The notes: a model not told the origin generated them from the letters alone. A DNA stretch of 64,000 bases from Candidatus Latescibacterota bacterium (GCA_963668435.2 CAXXSC010000008.1:1427476-1491475), one strand, 5' to 3'. Counted from the stretch's first letter, positions 35,017-45,203 are shown. Numbers and translations: made by a program.

Positions 35017-35949
35017 TCACATCGAACAGATATTGATTCCCAACTCGACCTGACAGCCCCTAACAAATGAGGCACAGTCCATTTTCTTCTTCCCGGGCGG
35101 CTGGATCTCGGTAATCCTGAGCGTCCCCTTGCCGCAGGATACGGTAATGCCCTCTTTCGGCGACACTCCCGCTATCATACCCGGCGTCCCGGAAGATTCG
35201 TTCTCGATTACCTCTGTCCGGTGGACCTTGACCGCGCCCTTGCTGCACTCGGTGAAAGCGCCCGGCACCGGATTCATACCGCGTACCTTGTTATGGATAG
35301 TCAGGGAGTCAGAACTCCAGTCGATGAGCCCGTCCGGCTTGAACAGTTTCGGTGCGGGACGTGCCTCACGATCCGGCTGCGGAACAGCCTTAAGGGAACC
35401 GTCGCCGATTCCCGCAACAGTTCTCAAGCTCAGGTCGGCACCCATGACGCTGAGGCGGTCATAGAGTTCACCGGCGGTCTCATCGGCACCGATGGCGGTT
35501 TCCACCGAAAGCAGAATATCCCCGGTGTCAATCTTGTCATCGATAAAAAATGTCGTGAGCCCGGTCATGGTATCGCCGTTGATCACCGCCCAGTTGATCG
35601 GTGCGGCACCGCGGTAGTCGGGCAGAAGCGAACCGTGAAGATTGACTGTCCCCAGTCGCGGAAGCTCGAAAACTGACCGTGGCAGAATCCTGAACGCGAC
35701 TACGAAAAAGAGATCGGCATCGAGAGCCTTGAGCTCCTCGACAAAAGCCGGATTCGAGAGTTTCTCAGGTGTCATCACGGGAATTCCACGCTCGACAGCC
35801 GCGACCTTCACCGGCGAAGACATAACACTCCGTCCACGGCCCTTAGGCTTGTCAGGCACAGTCACAGCCGCAACGATCTCATGCTCTTCAGCAAGAGCAG
35901 AGAACGTGGGCAGGCCGAAATCGGCAGTTCCCATGAAAACGATTCGCAT
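35017..35949 (-). CDS. fmt: methionyl-tRNA formyltransferase
   Basis: MRIVFMGTADFGLPTF, NLHGSLLPDYRGAAPINWAVING. Confidence 0.9.
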   Translation of the reverse strand: MRIVFMGTADFGLPTFSALAEEHEIVAAVTVPDKPKGRGRSVMSSPVKVAAVERGIPVMTPEKLSNPAFVEELKALDADLFFVVAFRILPRSVFELPRLGTVNLHGSLLPDYRGAAPINWAVINGDTMTGLTTFFIDDKIDTGDILLSVETAIGADETAGELYDRLSVMGADLSLRTVAGIGDGSLKAVPQPDREARPAPKLFKPDGLIDWSSDSLTIHNKVRGMNPVPGAFTECSKGAVKVHRTEVIENESSGTPGMIAGVSPKEGITVSCGKGTLRITEIQPPGKKKMDCASFVRGCQVELGINICSM

Positions 35950-36473
35950 CAGGCTTTTTTGCTTTCCTTGGCGAGTGTACGCAGTTTTTTCGACAGCAGG
36001 GCCCGTTTCACCGGATTGAGACGGTCCACAAACAGAACCCCGTTGAGATGATCGATCTCGTGCTGAATAACACGGGCGAGAAAATCATCATTGTCGATCA
36101 CCTGCTGATTACCATCGATATCGGTATATGTCGCTTTCACACGTTTCGGGCGTGTCACCGATTCATAGATATCCGGTACGGAAAGACAGCCTTCCTCGAA
36201 AGTGATCTCACCCTCTGTCTCGATAATCTCGGGATTGATCATGGTCAGGATGTCGCTTTCCTCGTCGCCGAAAGAACGGTCGATAACCACCATGCGTTTC
36301 GATACTCCGACCTGCGGCGCGGCAAGGCCGATACCTTTATCGTCTTCGAGCATGGTTTCGATCATGCGCTCGTTGAGATCCCGTATTTCATCGGTTATCT
36401 CGGTGATTTCCTCAGCTGTTTTCCTGAGAACCGGATCACCGTAAACACGTATTTCCTCTATCATATTTTCCAT
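35949..36473 (-). CDS. def: peptide deformylase
   Basis: GIGLAAPQVG, EGCLSVPD, HEIDHLNG. Start set at the MENMIEEI ATG. The stop overlaps the fmt start by 1 nt. Confidence 0.9.
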   Translation of the reverse strand: MENMIEEIRVYGDPVLRKTAEEITEITDEIRDLNERMIETMLEDDKGIGLAAPQVGVSKRMVVIDRSFGDEESDILTMINPEIIETEGEITFEEGCLSVPDIYESVTRPKRVKATYTDIDGNQQVIDNDDFLARVIQHEIDHLNGVLFVDRLNPVKRALLSKKLRTLAKESKKA

Positions 36474-36548
36474 ACTGCTCCAATCAGGACCTGTCGGCAT
36501 TCACCTAACCGGTATAGCCCCTATTCAAAGGCGGCTGAAAAACGGCAT

Positions 36549-36905
36549 TTATTCTTTCGCCGCATCTTCCTTGTTCAGCACACGTCCGATGCTCGAGCGG
36601 ATCATTTCGAGCTTGGTCGTATCACTGACCTTTAGGACAACGATATCCTCGCCGCTGGGATTTCCTTTTTTCTCCTTGATGCTCGCGACAGTGCCGCAGA
36701 TACCACCGATCGTAACAACTTTGTCACCTTTTTCGATAGTATTGAGCATGCTCTGTGTTTCTTTCTGCTTCTTCTGCTGCGGTCTCAGAATGAAAAAATA
36801 CATAATAGCGAATAGCGCCAGAAGCATCGGCCACATGGGTGCGCCGCCACGTTTCGCGCCCTCGGCCGCCTGCGCGTATGCCGATGGTATCAATTCAAAG
36901 CTCAT
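36549..36905 (-). CDS. yajC: preprotein translocase subunit YajC
   Basis: MLLALFAIMYFFILRPQQKKQKE...EKGDKVVTIGGICGTV. Confidence 0.85.
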   Translation of the reverse strand: MSFELIPSAYAQAAEGAKRGGAPMWPMLLALFAIMYFFILRPQQKKQKETQSMLNTIEKGDKVVTIGGICGTVASIKEKKGNPSGEDIVVLKVSDTTKLEMIRSSIGRVLNKEDAAKE

Positions 36906-37009
36906 AGACTGTCCTTCGTGTTATGAACACCGGAATGTCCGGCATTCTGTGTGATTGTATGTAATGATTGTATATTTTCGTTCGTTTCGCTGTTCGTGAC
37001 AACTCCCGT

Positions 37010-38227
37010 TCAATCGTTTTGCCGCCCGCGGAAACGATTGAGGAACTCCTCGCGCCATTCGGGAAAATTGCCGTCCAGTATGGACTGACGCATCCGCCGC
37101 ATCATATCGAGATAGAAATAGATGCTGTGCATGGTCGCGAGCCTGGGCGCGAGTATCTCTCCCGCCTGGAAAAGATGGCGGATATACGCCCTCGTATATT
37201 TCTTGCAGACCGGGCATTCGCAATCCGGGTCTATCGGCTCGAAACGGCGCGCCTGATGGGCGTTCTTGAGCACCGCCTTGCCATCATAGGTGAAAACCGT
37301 GCCGTTCCGTGCATTCCTTGTGGGCATGACACAATCGAACATATCCACACCGCGCGTTACCGCCTCAACTATATCGTCGGGGAACCCGACACCCATGAGA
37401 TAGCGCGGCTTCTCTTTCGGCAGCACTTCGGTCGAGACCTTGACCATGTCAAACATCTCGTCCTTCGCCTCGCCAACCGCGAGCCCGCCGATGGAATAGC
37501 CCCAGAAATCCATTTCGACCATCCGCTCGACTACCTTTTCCCTAAGATCGGGATAGACACTGCCCTGGCAGATGCCGAACAGAACACTTCTGCCACCAGC
37601 GATCTTCTCATGCGCCTCTTTCGAGCGCGCCGCCCATTTCTCGGTCACACGGCATGATTTCGCCGCGTAATCACGATCCGCGGGATAGGGAATGCACTCG
37701 TCAAGCGGCATGATGATGTCTGCTCCGAGATCGTGCTCTATTTCTATAACGCTTTCCGGCGTAAAATGATGCGTCGAACCGTCGATATGGGATTTGAACG
37801 AGACACCGTCCTTGGTGAGTTTCCTCAGATCGCTCAGGCTGAAAACCTGGAAACCGCCGGAATCGGTCAGGATCGAACGGTCCCAGCCGATGAAACCATG
37901 CAGTCCACCCGCCTCCGCCACCAGTTTCGGTCCCGGACGGAGATAGAGATGGTAGGTGTTCCCGAGAATGATACGGGCGTCGATGTCCTGCAACTCCTCC
38001 TGTGACATGGACTTGACCGTGCCCTGCGTGCCCACCGGCATGAAAACCGGCGTCTCGATCACCGAATGCGGCGTGGTGAGTATGCCCGCGCGCGCGCCGG
38101 TCACCGGACAGGTCTTGATCACCTCGTAGGAAAAACCGGGTATATTATTGACAGCCTGACTGATCAGAATCCCCCTCGTTTCGACTGAAATTATCTGGAG
38201 AAAGCGGTATGACGGCGTTATCCGCAA
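37010..38227 (-). CDS. tgt: queuine tRNA-ribosyltransferase
   Basis: ETPVFMPVGTQGTVK, LTDSGGFQVFSL, and the zinc site CECPVCKKYTRAYIRHL. The track's start is a TTG, and the true start probably lies downstream and is not resolved. Confidence 0.9.
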   Translation of the reverse strand: MRITPSYRFLQIISVETRGILISQAVNNIPGFSYEVIKTCPVTGARAGILTTPHSVIETPVFMPVGTQGTVKSMSQEELQDIDARIILGNTYHLYLRPGPKLVAEAGGLHGFIGWDRSILTDSGGFQVFSLSDLRKLTKDGVSFKSHIDGSTHHFTPESVIEIEHDLGADIIMPLDECIPYPADRDYAAKSCRVTEKWAARSKEAHEKIAGGRSVLFGICQGSVYPDLREKVVERMVEMDFWGYSIGGLAVGEAKDEMFDMVKVSTEVLPKEKPRYLMGVGFPDDIVEAVTRGVDMFDCVMPTRNARNGTVFTYDGKAVLKNAHQARRFEPIDPDCECPVCKKYTRAYIRHLFQAGEILAPRLATMHSIYFYLDMMRRMRQSILDGNFPEWREEFLNRFRGRQND

Positions 38228-38431
38228 ACATCACGGCGCATCATAGAAATATCGTTATAAGATAACATTTTACAGCGAAAAAGGCAATTGAAAAGGGCCG
38301 GACGGAACATGGACAACACGCGTCCATGCCGCCCGAATTGCCAACATCAGATCCGGATAAGGATTTGGAAGCAAAAACTCAGGACCGGCAAAGCATCACG
38401 GGAAGGCACAACTCAGCCGGGATTCCGGCCA

Positions 38432-39487
38432 TCATTTGCGGCGGAGACGGCCCCAGAGACGTTTCGCCTTGTCTGCCACATCCAGCTTTTCGGGATAATC
38501 ATCGAGCACATGGTCGCCGGTGACATACTTATACCAGAGGGCATTGATCCTCGGCCCGGCCCAGATGCAGAATGTGGCGTGGAGAAGTCCCGCGATCACA
38601 TCGATGACATAGTGGTAGCGAAGGTAGATGGTGGCCATCACAATGCCGGTGCAGAACGGCAGCATTATCCAGAACAGCCAGCGACGATAGCGGAAAGCGT
38701 ACGTGGTCACGATCACCGTAATCGCAGTGTGCAGCGAGGGAAAACAGTCCCGGCGTGTCGATTCGAGCGCGTTGAGCATATGATATATCTGGTCGGAAAG
38801 CATGCTCGTACCCTTGACACTGACCGTGAAATGCTCCGCGAGGAAATAGCGCGGCCCGACTGTCGGAACGAGGAGATAACCCACATAGCCGAGATAGAAT
38901 CCCAAGGTGACACTGACCATGACATTGCGGAACTTGTGGTAGTCGCGGGTGATATAAAGCGCGAAACCGATGATCGGCAGGAACGGGTAATAGTTGACAT
39001 AGCAAATATGCATGATCTCGGAGAACCAGGGGCGTATCCACTGCTCGAGCCAAAGTGTCGGATTCGTGCCGAAAAAGAGCGCGGTATCGATCTTCACAAG
39101 GACCGGATCGGCATCGTGCGGATTGACGAAACGCACCAGGTCGCCGAGATTTTCGTAGGCAATGAGGATGAAAATGATCGGCACCCAGTTCCGGACAACC
39201 TTGAACAGGGACAGGCCGAATTTGCCGCTGAGCACGGAGAGCCCGACAACAACGAAAAAGACATTGATAACCGCCCGCACCATGACGGTCGGCCCCTTGA
39301 TTTTCGTGCCGAAATGAGAGGACAGCCCGAGAAGCAGCACAAAGAAAAGCAGGCAGAGGGCCTCTTCGGGATATATTCTGAACTTGGATTGCCCGAGCAG
39401 GGGTTGTTTCATGTAATCAGCATTTTTAAGAGTTTCATTACCATTGAGTTTGATTGAGGTAAAATAATCCATCCATTTTAGCCGCAC
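38432..39487 (-). CDS. PAP2-superfamily integral membrane protein (PAP2_3 / IPC-synthase-like motifs)
   Basis: Multiple TM segments. Motifs RRDCFPSLHTAI and RYHYVIDVIAG. Confidence 0.7.
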   Translation of the reverse strand: MRLKWMDYFTSIKLNGNETLKNADYMKQPLLGQSKFRIYPEEALCLLFFVLLLGLSSHFGTKIKGPTVMVRAVINVFFVVVGLSVLSGKFGLSLFKVVRNWVPIIFILIAYENLGDLVRFVNPHDADPVLVKIDTALFFGTNPTLWLEQWIRPWFSEIMHICYVNYYPFLPIIGFALYITRDYHKFRNVMVSVTLGFYLGYVGYLLVPTVGPRYFLAEHFTVSVKGTSMLSDQIYHMLNALESTRRDCFPSLHTAITVIVTTYAFRYRRWLFWIMLPFCTGIVMATIYLRYHYVIDVIAGLLHATFCIWAGPRINALWYKYVTGDHVLDDYPEKLDVADKAKRLWGRLRRK

Positions 39488-39580
39488 AATATTTTTCCTT
39501 CGTGTTTGTAATTATCATGACAGCTGATATGGGTTCTTTGAAGTGTGCATGGTGATTCAATCCGTTAATGTTATTTTCAA

Positions 39581-39609
39581 TTGACTTGACACGGATTAGG
39601 TAATATCAT
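39581..39609 (+). promoter_or_regulatory. sigma70-like promoter candidate for the Mla-like operon
   Basis: TTGACT, 17-nt spacer, TATCAT. Confidence 0.4.
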
Positions 39610-39703
39610 AACTCAGTGGGAAAGTTGCTGATCACACTTATACCGCATCAGGCAGCCGGACCTGCGCAACCGGCACAATCCTAAGCGAAAGATACTGTCA
39701 TTT

Positions 39704-40681
39704 ATGGCGACACGTGCCCAGAAAGTCCGCCTTTCCGTGTTCCTTATCGTTTCGGGAACGGCGCTTCTCGTTCTCTTTCTCTTTCTCGTGGGAAGCAGGA
39801 TGATGAAACGCATGGACTGGTATTATATCGAGTACAGGAATATCTCGGTCACCGGGCTCGAAGCCGGCGCCTCGGTCAAATACCAGGGCGTGCCGGTGGG
39901 ACGTGTCACCGGGCTCTCGATCAAGGACGCTTCCACTGTCAGGGTCGAAATAGAAATAGATCACGGCACACCGATAAAAAGCGACAGCGAGGCCATTCTT
40001 ACACTGGTCGGCATCACCGGCCTGAAATTCGTCGAGATCATCGGCGGCTCTCAAGAATCGGACATCCTCGAGGTCGGCGGCACTATCCAGGCAGGCGAAT
40101 CCATGTTCGAGACCATCTCCGGGCGTGCCGAGGTCATTCTCGGCAAACTCGAACAGGTACTGAACAATCTCAACATCCTCCTGAGTCAGGAAACGACCCA
40201 GGCAATCCAGGACGCTCTCGTTTCTATCGACGAGCTCACCAGTGAGGTTAAGGGCATTGTCAGCGCCAACAAGTCAACAGTGACCAGCACCATGTGCAAC
40301 CTGGATACACTTGTTGTCAGGCTCTCCGCCACCGCGCTGGAACTCAACACGAGCACAGCGGCTCTCGCCGACATCATGGAATCCGACGACTTACGAAATT
40401 CAATCGCCAATATCAGCCATATTTCCGACCGCATGAAAACACAGGTCGACAGCCTGAAACTCGCGGAAACGGTGGATGATTTCCGGACATTCGTCAACAA
40501 CGGCAACAACATGGTTGTCCATACCGATCTCATGGTCCTCCGTTCGCGCGACGATATCCTTCGTTCGATCAGCAATCTCGAGGAGGCGCTCGACAACCTT
40601 CGCGAGGCCACCGATGTTATCAGGGACGATCCTTCGATCCTTCTCAGGGGCCGTCAGACATCATCCGACAGGGTGGAATAA
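39704..40681 (+). CDS. MlaD/MCE-family protein
   Basis: N-terminal TM segment, MCE core VTGLEAGASVKYQGVPVGRVTGLSI, and a long helical C-terminus. Confidence 0.8.
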   Translation: MATRAQKVRLSVFLIVSGTALLVLFLFLVGSRMMKRMDWYYIEYRNISVTGLEAGASVKYQGVPVGRVTGLSIKDASTVRVEIEIDHGTPIKSDSEAILTLVGITGLKFVEIIGGSQESDILEVGGTIQAGESMFETISGRAEVILGKLEQVLNNLNILLSQETTQAIQDALVSIDELTSEVKGIVSANKSTVTSTMCNLDTLVVRLSATALELNTSTAALADIMESDDLRNSIANISHISDRMKTQVDSLKLAETVDDFRTFVNNGNNMVVHTDLMVLRSRDDILRSISNLEEALDNLREATDVIRDDPSILLRGRQTSSDRVE

Positions 40682-40682
40682 G

Positions 40683-41426
40683 ATGAAACAGCTCAGACCC
40701 ATATTTCTTATCTTTGCACTGATCTTAGCGACCGTTCTCCTGCTCGCGTCCTGCAGTATCAAACGCGAACTGCCGACACGACAGTACTATATCATCAACT
40801 ACACGCCGGACGACACTGTGCCGGAAACCTCGAAACGCCCCTACCCGTTCACTCTCGAGATCGGACGTTTCGAGGTTCAGCGCATTTTCAACCGTCAGAA
40901 CATCATTTACCGCTACTCGCCCAACAAGATACAGTACTATGAGCTCGATCGCTGGGCGGTACGTCCGGATTACATGATCAGGGATGTGGTTTTCAAACAT
41001 TTCGAGGCAAGCGGCCTCACCAATACAGTCGGCATCGATTTCCTCGACATGCGTCCGGATTTCCGTCTGGAGGGCACTGTCGAGGCATTGGAAAAATACG
41101 ATGCAGGCGATCTTTTCTATGCCCATCTCGCCATGAATTTCAAGATGCTCGATGTTCAGAACAGCCAGCAGATCTGGGCATATTCGTTCGATGAGCGCCG
41201 ACGGGTTTATTCGGATGAAATGGTCCATACTGTCGCCGGGCTGTCAGCGATTTTCCAGACCCACATGAATACGATTGTCACACAGCTCGACTCGCTGTTC
41301 CTGGTTAACGGCGGCGGAATAATACCGTCACCCGATCCAACCGCACCGCAACCAGTAACGGCACCTGTCGACTCGACAGACGATGGTATCGATGATACGG
41401 CGTTCGAGATAATACCGGAAAACTGA
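40683..41426 (+). CDS. ABC-transport auxiliary lipoprotein (PqiC/DUF330-like)
   Basis: ATG lies 1 nt after the mlaD-like stop. Lipobox LLLASCS. RQYYIINY...FRLEGTVEALEKYD resembles ABC_trans_aux proteins. The longer track ORF (starting at 40476) is an upstream extension overlapping the previous gene. Confidence 0.7.
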   Translation: MKQLRPIFLIFALILATVLLLASCSIKRELPTRQYYIINYTPDDTVPETSKRPYPFTLEIGRFEVQRIFNRQNIIYRYSPNKIQYYELDRWAVRPDYMIRDVVFKHFEASGLTNTVGIDFLDMRPDFRLEGTVEALEKYDAGDLFYAHLAMNFKMLDVQNSQQIWAYSFDERRRVYSDEMVHTVAGLSAIFQTHMNTIVTQLDSLFLVNGGGIIPSPDPTAPQPVTAPVDSTDDGIDDTAFEIIPEN

Positions 41427-41429
41427 CCC

Positions 41430-42971
41430 ATGTCATATACGTTCAGACATTCCCTGAGTATCTGCCTTGCAGTGACCATGCTGTTCTCGGCCGCGGCCTT
41501 TGCTGCGGATAAAGAATTCACATGGGAGGCTCCGCCGGTCAAGACACAGCTGGAAATGGATGATACAATCGTGCCGGTCGGCAAGGGCGCGATTTTCTGC
41601 CCTGTAATGTCCAACCCCGAGTTTGAGCCCATGTATGGCGTCCTCATTAAAGGCCATGTACGCCACGAGGCCCGTATGGGGCATCGCATTATCCTGAGCC
41701 CGGGAATATACACGGTTGTTTTCGGTTCGGGCACCAGCGATCAGATGATGCGAAAAAAAGTGAAGGTTGTCGAGGGAGCGACAACAATGATCAAGCCCGA
41801 CTGGTCCGGCCTCATTGTCGAGGTCATCAATGAATCACGCGCCAACATCAGGGAATACTACGAGATCTACGATATGGTTACCGGCGACTCCTACGGTATC
41901 GGGCAGGGTGTCGAGGAGGGGCTCGACGAGGAGCTCAGGACATGGATCCTGCCACCGGGGGTATACAAAATTGTCAAGCCGGGCAATAATGTCAATGCGG
42001 TTGTCAATTTCGGTACAATTCGTCTGCTCGCCGGTGAACTGGTGAGAACGAACCTCGTGATCGATGCCGATTCGGGTAATTTCCTCGGATTCGGCCACAT
42101 GGCAGATGTCCGCCAGGTCATGCATCACCGTGAGAAGAAATGGCGGACGAGAAGCGAGCTGTCCGGCAACGCCCTCCTTAATTATATCCCGTCCGAACAG
42201 TCCGGCGAGGACAAGGGCACCGATTTCACCGCGACACTGCAGTGGCTGACCGATGCCCGTTTCGAATCCGGCCGTCACATCATCCCCTTCTGGTCAAATC
42301 TCGAGGAGGGGCTTTCCATGGATGAAGAGAAGGATATCAACAAATATATCGATAAAGCCGAGTTGCGACTGACCTATATTTTCCGCCTCAGCAATCTTTT
42401 CAGCCCCTATGTCCGCGCCACAGTCGAATCACGTCTTTTCGAGACGAACCACAGTTTTGACGAGCCTGTCGATTACGCCCTTGTCGACAGTGTCGGCGAC
42501 ACCGTCGAGGTCGCCTACGGCACCAAAAACCTGAAACTCGCGGACGCGTTCAGCCCGATCTATTTCAAACAGGGATTCGGCATCACATCGTTCCTAGTCA
42601 AATCGATACCGGTCAACCTCAACATCAGGACCGGTTACGGCGCACGCCAGGTGCTGGCGAGGGATGCGAGGATTTTCGATACCGACACAATGACACTTTC
42701 GCCGATTGTCGAAACCGACCTTACCGGCATGGAATTCCTCTGCCTTGGCGATTTCCGTATCGGGCGCTACGTGCTTTTCACAACGGAATTCGATATCCTC
42801 ATGCCCAATACCGATAACAACAGCTGGATATACGATGGCGAAAACCGGCTCCGTCTCAACCTGTCGAACAATGTCAGCCTCCTCTTTAAAATGGAATACT
42901 GGAAAGACGAGAGTGTCACCGATATGCAGACCCGTTACCAGACACTGCTTCGTTTCTCCAAATACCTCTAA
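41430..42971 (+). CDS. exported protein with a predicted C-terminal outer-membrane beta-barrel (DUF3078-like by pattern)
   Basis: Signal peptide ends in SAAAFAAD. The C-terminal half has alternating-hydrophobic strands and ends in QTLLRFSKYL. Family call is tentative. Confidence 0.55.
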   Translation: MSYTFRHSLSICLAVTMLFSAAAFAADKEFTWEAPPVKTQLEMDDTIVPVGKGAIFCPVMSNPEFEPMYGVLIKGHVRHEARMGHRIILSPGIYTVVFGSGTSDQMMRKKVKVVEGATTMIKPDWSGLIVEVINESRANIREYYEIYDMVTGDSYGIGQGVEEGLDEELRTWILPPGVYKIVKPGNNVNAVVNFGTIRLLAGELVRTNLVIDADSGNFLGFGHMADVRQVMHHREKKWRTRSELSGNALLNYIPSEQSGEDKGTDFTATLQWLTDARFESGRHIIPFWSNLEEGLSMDEEKDINKYIDKAELRLTYIFRLSNLFSPYVRATVESRLFETNHSFDEPVDYALVDSVGDTVEVAYGTKNLKLADAFSPIYFKQGFGITSFLVKSIPVNLNIRTGYGARQVLARDARIFDTDTMTLSPIVETDLTGMEFLCLGDFRIGRYVLFTTEFDILMPNTDNNSWIYDGENRLRLNLSNNVSLLFKMEYWKDESVTDMQTRYQTLLRFSKYL

Positions 42972-44086
42972 TGAAAGCCAGCCCTGACATAACGGTTACG
43001 CCTGTACTCACTTTGAAAGAAGACATCCTCTTCATCGAGGGCGACCTTATCGCGGCGACCACCGGCATGGCTGAACGTGCCCTCACGAAATATGGCGTTA
43101 AATCGGTCGAAGATATAGAGGTAATCGACGGTGCCGCGCTTGGTGAGATAGACAGTTCCGGCGCGGTATTCATCAACAGGCTCATGGGAAGTAATGGCAG
43201 GCTTCGGGGATTTTCCGACAACGCCATGCGCCTTATCGAGCTCACCCGGCCGGATACAGATACAGCAGGAGTGCAGGACCAAACGGCAAGCGAGCGGTTT
43301 TCACTCGAACGCATGGGTGGCTACATCCTCGGCAGTATCGACCGTATTAACGACATCGCCATCCTGTTCGTCGACATCATTTTCTGGAGCATTGTCGGCA
43401 TTTTCAAACGGGATCAGTACCGCAAAGGCTCATTCACCGTTCAGGCGGTACAGATGGGAAGTTCGGCGCTCCCCATTGTCAGCATGATCCTGTTCCTGGT
43501 CGGCTCGATATCGGCACTCCAGAGCGCCGACACGTTCAGGGAATTCGGCGCATCGGTTTTCATGGTCGACATGCTGGCGCTTGGCCTCGCCCGCGAGATG
43601 GCGCCGCTGATGACCGCGATCATTATAAGTGGGCGGTCAGGTTCGGCAATAGCCTCCGAGATCGCTACAATGAAGTTCACCGAGGAGCTTGACGCTATAA
43701 GGACAATGGGCCTCAACCCGCTGCGTTTCGCGGTTGTTCCCAAGCTCTGGGCAATGGTGGTCTGCATGCCGCTTTTAACCATCCTGGCGCTGATGTTCGG
43801 GCTTTTCGGCGGATTTCTTGTCGCAGTTTCATATCCCGGCATCAATCTTTCTCCCGGCACGTTTTTCAGCAGGCTTACTATCTCGCTATTCTTCTGGGAC
43901 ATATGCACCGGACTGATTAAGAGTGTCTCTTTCGCAATACTTATCACGGTCATCGGCGTATACCGCGGCATGACATTCACCGGAGGCGCAGACGGCGTCG
44001 GACGTGCAACAACCTCATCGGTGGTAACATCGATCTTTATGATTATCGTTGCGGACGCAATTTGGGGCATACTGTTCTACATGTAA
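42971..44086 (+). CDS. STAS-domain plus MlaE-family ABC permease fusion
   Basis: ATG overlaps the previous stop (TAATG). The N-terminal ~100 aa are STAS-like (LFIEGDLIAATTG...IDSSGAVFI). Permease motifs: REMAPLMTAIIISGRSGSAIASEIATMKFTEELDAIRTMGLNP. Confidence 0.85.
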   Translation: MKASPDITVTPVLTLKEDILFIEGDLIAATTGMAERALTKYGVKSVEDIEVIDGAALGEIDSSGAVFINRLMGSNGRLRGFSDNAMRLIELTRPDTDTAGVQDQTASERFSLERMGGYILGSIDRINDIAILFVDIIFWSIVGIFKRDQYRKGSFTVQAVQMGSSALPIVSMILFLVGSISALQSADTFREFGASVFMVDMLALGLAREMAPLMTAIIISGRSGSAIASEIATMKFTEELDAIRTMGLNPLRFAVVPKLWAMVVCMPLLTILALMFGLFGGFLVAVSYPGINLSPGTFFSRLTISLFFWDICTGLIKSVSFAILITVIGVYRGMTFTGGADGVGRATTSSVVTSIFMIIVADAIWGILFYM

Positions 44087-44165
44087 GCTTTGTTAATAAT
44101 TTTTAACAATTTACTTCTTTTTACTTGCATCGTAGAATTCAACATATATATTATCTATCCAGATG

Positions 44166-44179
44166 ATCCCGATCGGGAT
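44166..44179. repeat. perfect 14-bp palindrome ATCCCGATCGGGAT
   Basis: Read directly from the AT-rich spacer upstream of the HD-GYP gene. Confidence 0.9.
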
Positions 44180-44188
44180 GATTCGTTT

Positions 44189-44203
44189 AAAAAAAAGGGG
44201 GGG
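44189..44203. repeat. homopolymer pair A8 then G7
   Basis: AAAAAAAAGGGGGGG, about 32 nt upstream of the TTG start of the HD-GYP ORF. Confidence 0.9.
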
Positions 44204-44234
44204 ATAAAGTACATTAATTATTTAATGGAGATAC

Positions 44235-45203
44235 TTGCCCTTGCCTCTGTTCGACACCTACCTTCCGGCTGACCAGTATCATATCAGCTCACAGTTGATT
44301 CTGCCCTACGACCTTTTCATGAAAAATGAGAACGGGAAAATTCAATTGCATCGGGCACGTCTCACTACTCCCGATACAGATACTTTTTTTAATCCCGGTG
44401 CAGATCACGGCTGTATTGAACTCTTTATTCACCGAAACGACATCGCCTCTTACAACGAGCAGATCCCGAAAACACTGGCCGCCTGTCTTGGCGATGTCGG
44501 GATTAGCATGGACAAGAAATCACAGTTTATTTATAACGCCCTGAGAATGACCGCCGAGCAGTTTTACGACAAGCCGGGAAAAGTGTCGTATGATATTTTC
44601 GAAAGCACAATCCGGACAGTATTGGACTACGCAGTCGAAAACCGGGATATAATGACCCAGCTCATGAATACGATCACAATACGGGGAACAGTGGCAAATC
44701 ACAATGTCAATGTGGGACTCTATGGCATGGGGCTTACACTGATGCTGATCGACAGGACGGATATCGATTACAGGAATCTCGTTCCCGCGCTATTCTATCA
44801 TGATCTCGGCAAAAAATCTGTCCCACCCGAAATTCTCGACAAGGATAGCATCTTTACACCAATCGACAGGAATATCATGCGCCGTCATCCGGAAAACGGC
44901 CTGATCATGCTCAGGAAACTGACTGGCATCAGCGACACAATGCGGCAGGTTGTCGTGCACCATCACGAGCGTGTCAACGGCAGCGGCTACCCCGATGGAC
45001 AGAAAGGCCCGTCAGTCACGATAAACTCCCGAATCGCGGCGATCGCGGACGTTTTCGAGGGGCTGACCGCGCAACGCCCTTATAAGAACAGGCGATCCAC
45101 ATTCCAGGCGCTGAAAGTCATGACAACAAATATGGCAGGGGCATTGGACACCTCACTGATGCCGATTTTTGTGGGATTGTTCGTGAATCAGAAAATGGCC
45201 TGA
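44235..45203 (+). CDS. HD-GYP domain protein (putative c-di-GMP phosphodiesterase)
   Basis: FYHDLGK, RRHPENG, HHHERVNGSGYPDG. The track's start is a TTG. An alternative ATG is at 44319. Confidence 0.8.
   Translation: MPLPLFDTYLPADQYHISSQLILPYDLFMKNENGKIQLHRARLTTPDTDTFFNPGADHGCIELFIHRNDIASYNEQIPKTLAACLGDVGISMDKKSQFIYNALRMTAEQFYDKPGKVSYDIFESTIRTVLDYAVENRDIMTQLMNTITIRGTVANHNVNVGLYGMGLTLMLIDRTDIDYRNLVPALFYHDLGKKSVPPEILDKDSIFTPIDRNIMRRHPENGLIMLRKLTGISDTMRQVVVHHHERVNGSGYPDGQKGPSVTINSRIAAIADVFEGLTAQRPYKNRRSTFQALKVMTTNMAGALDTSLMPIFVGLFVNQKMA

Noticed and set aside
38288-39457. 389-aa plus-strand ORF
   Set aside because: It is antisense to the PAP2 membrane protein. The translation is highly charged and repetitive with no family signature, while the minus-strand product has clear TM segments and PAP2 motifs.
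40476-40682. Upstream extension of the PqiC-like lipoprotein ORF
   Set aside because: It overlaps the 3' end of the MCE gene in another frame. The ATG at 40683 gives a canonical lipoprotein signal.
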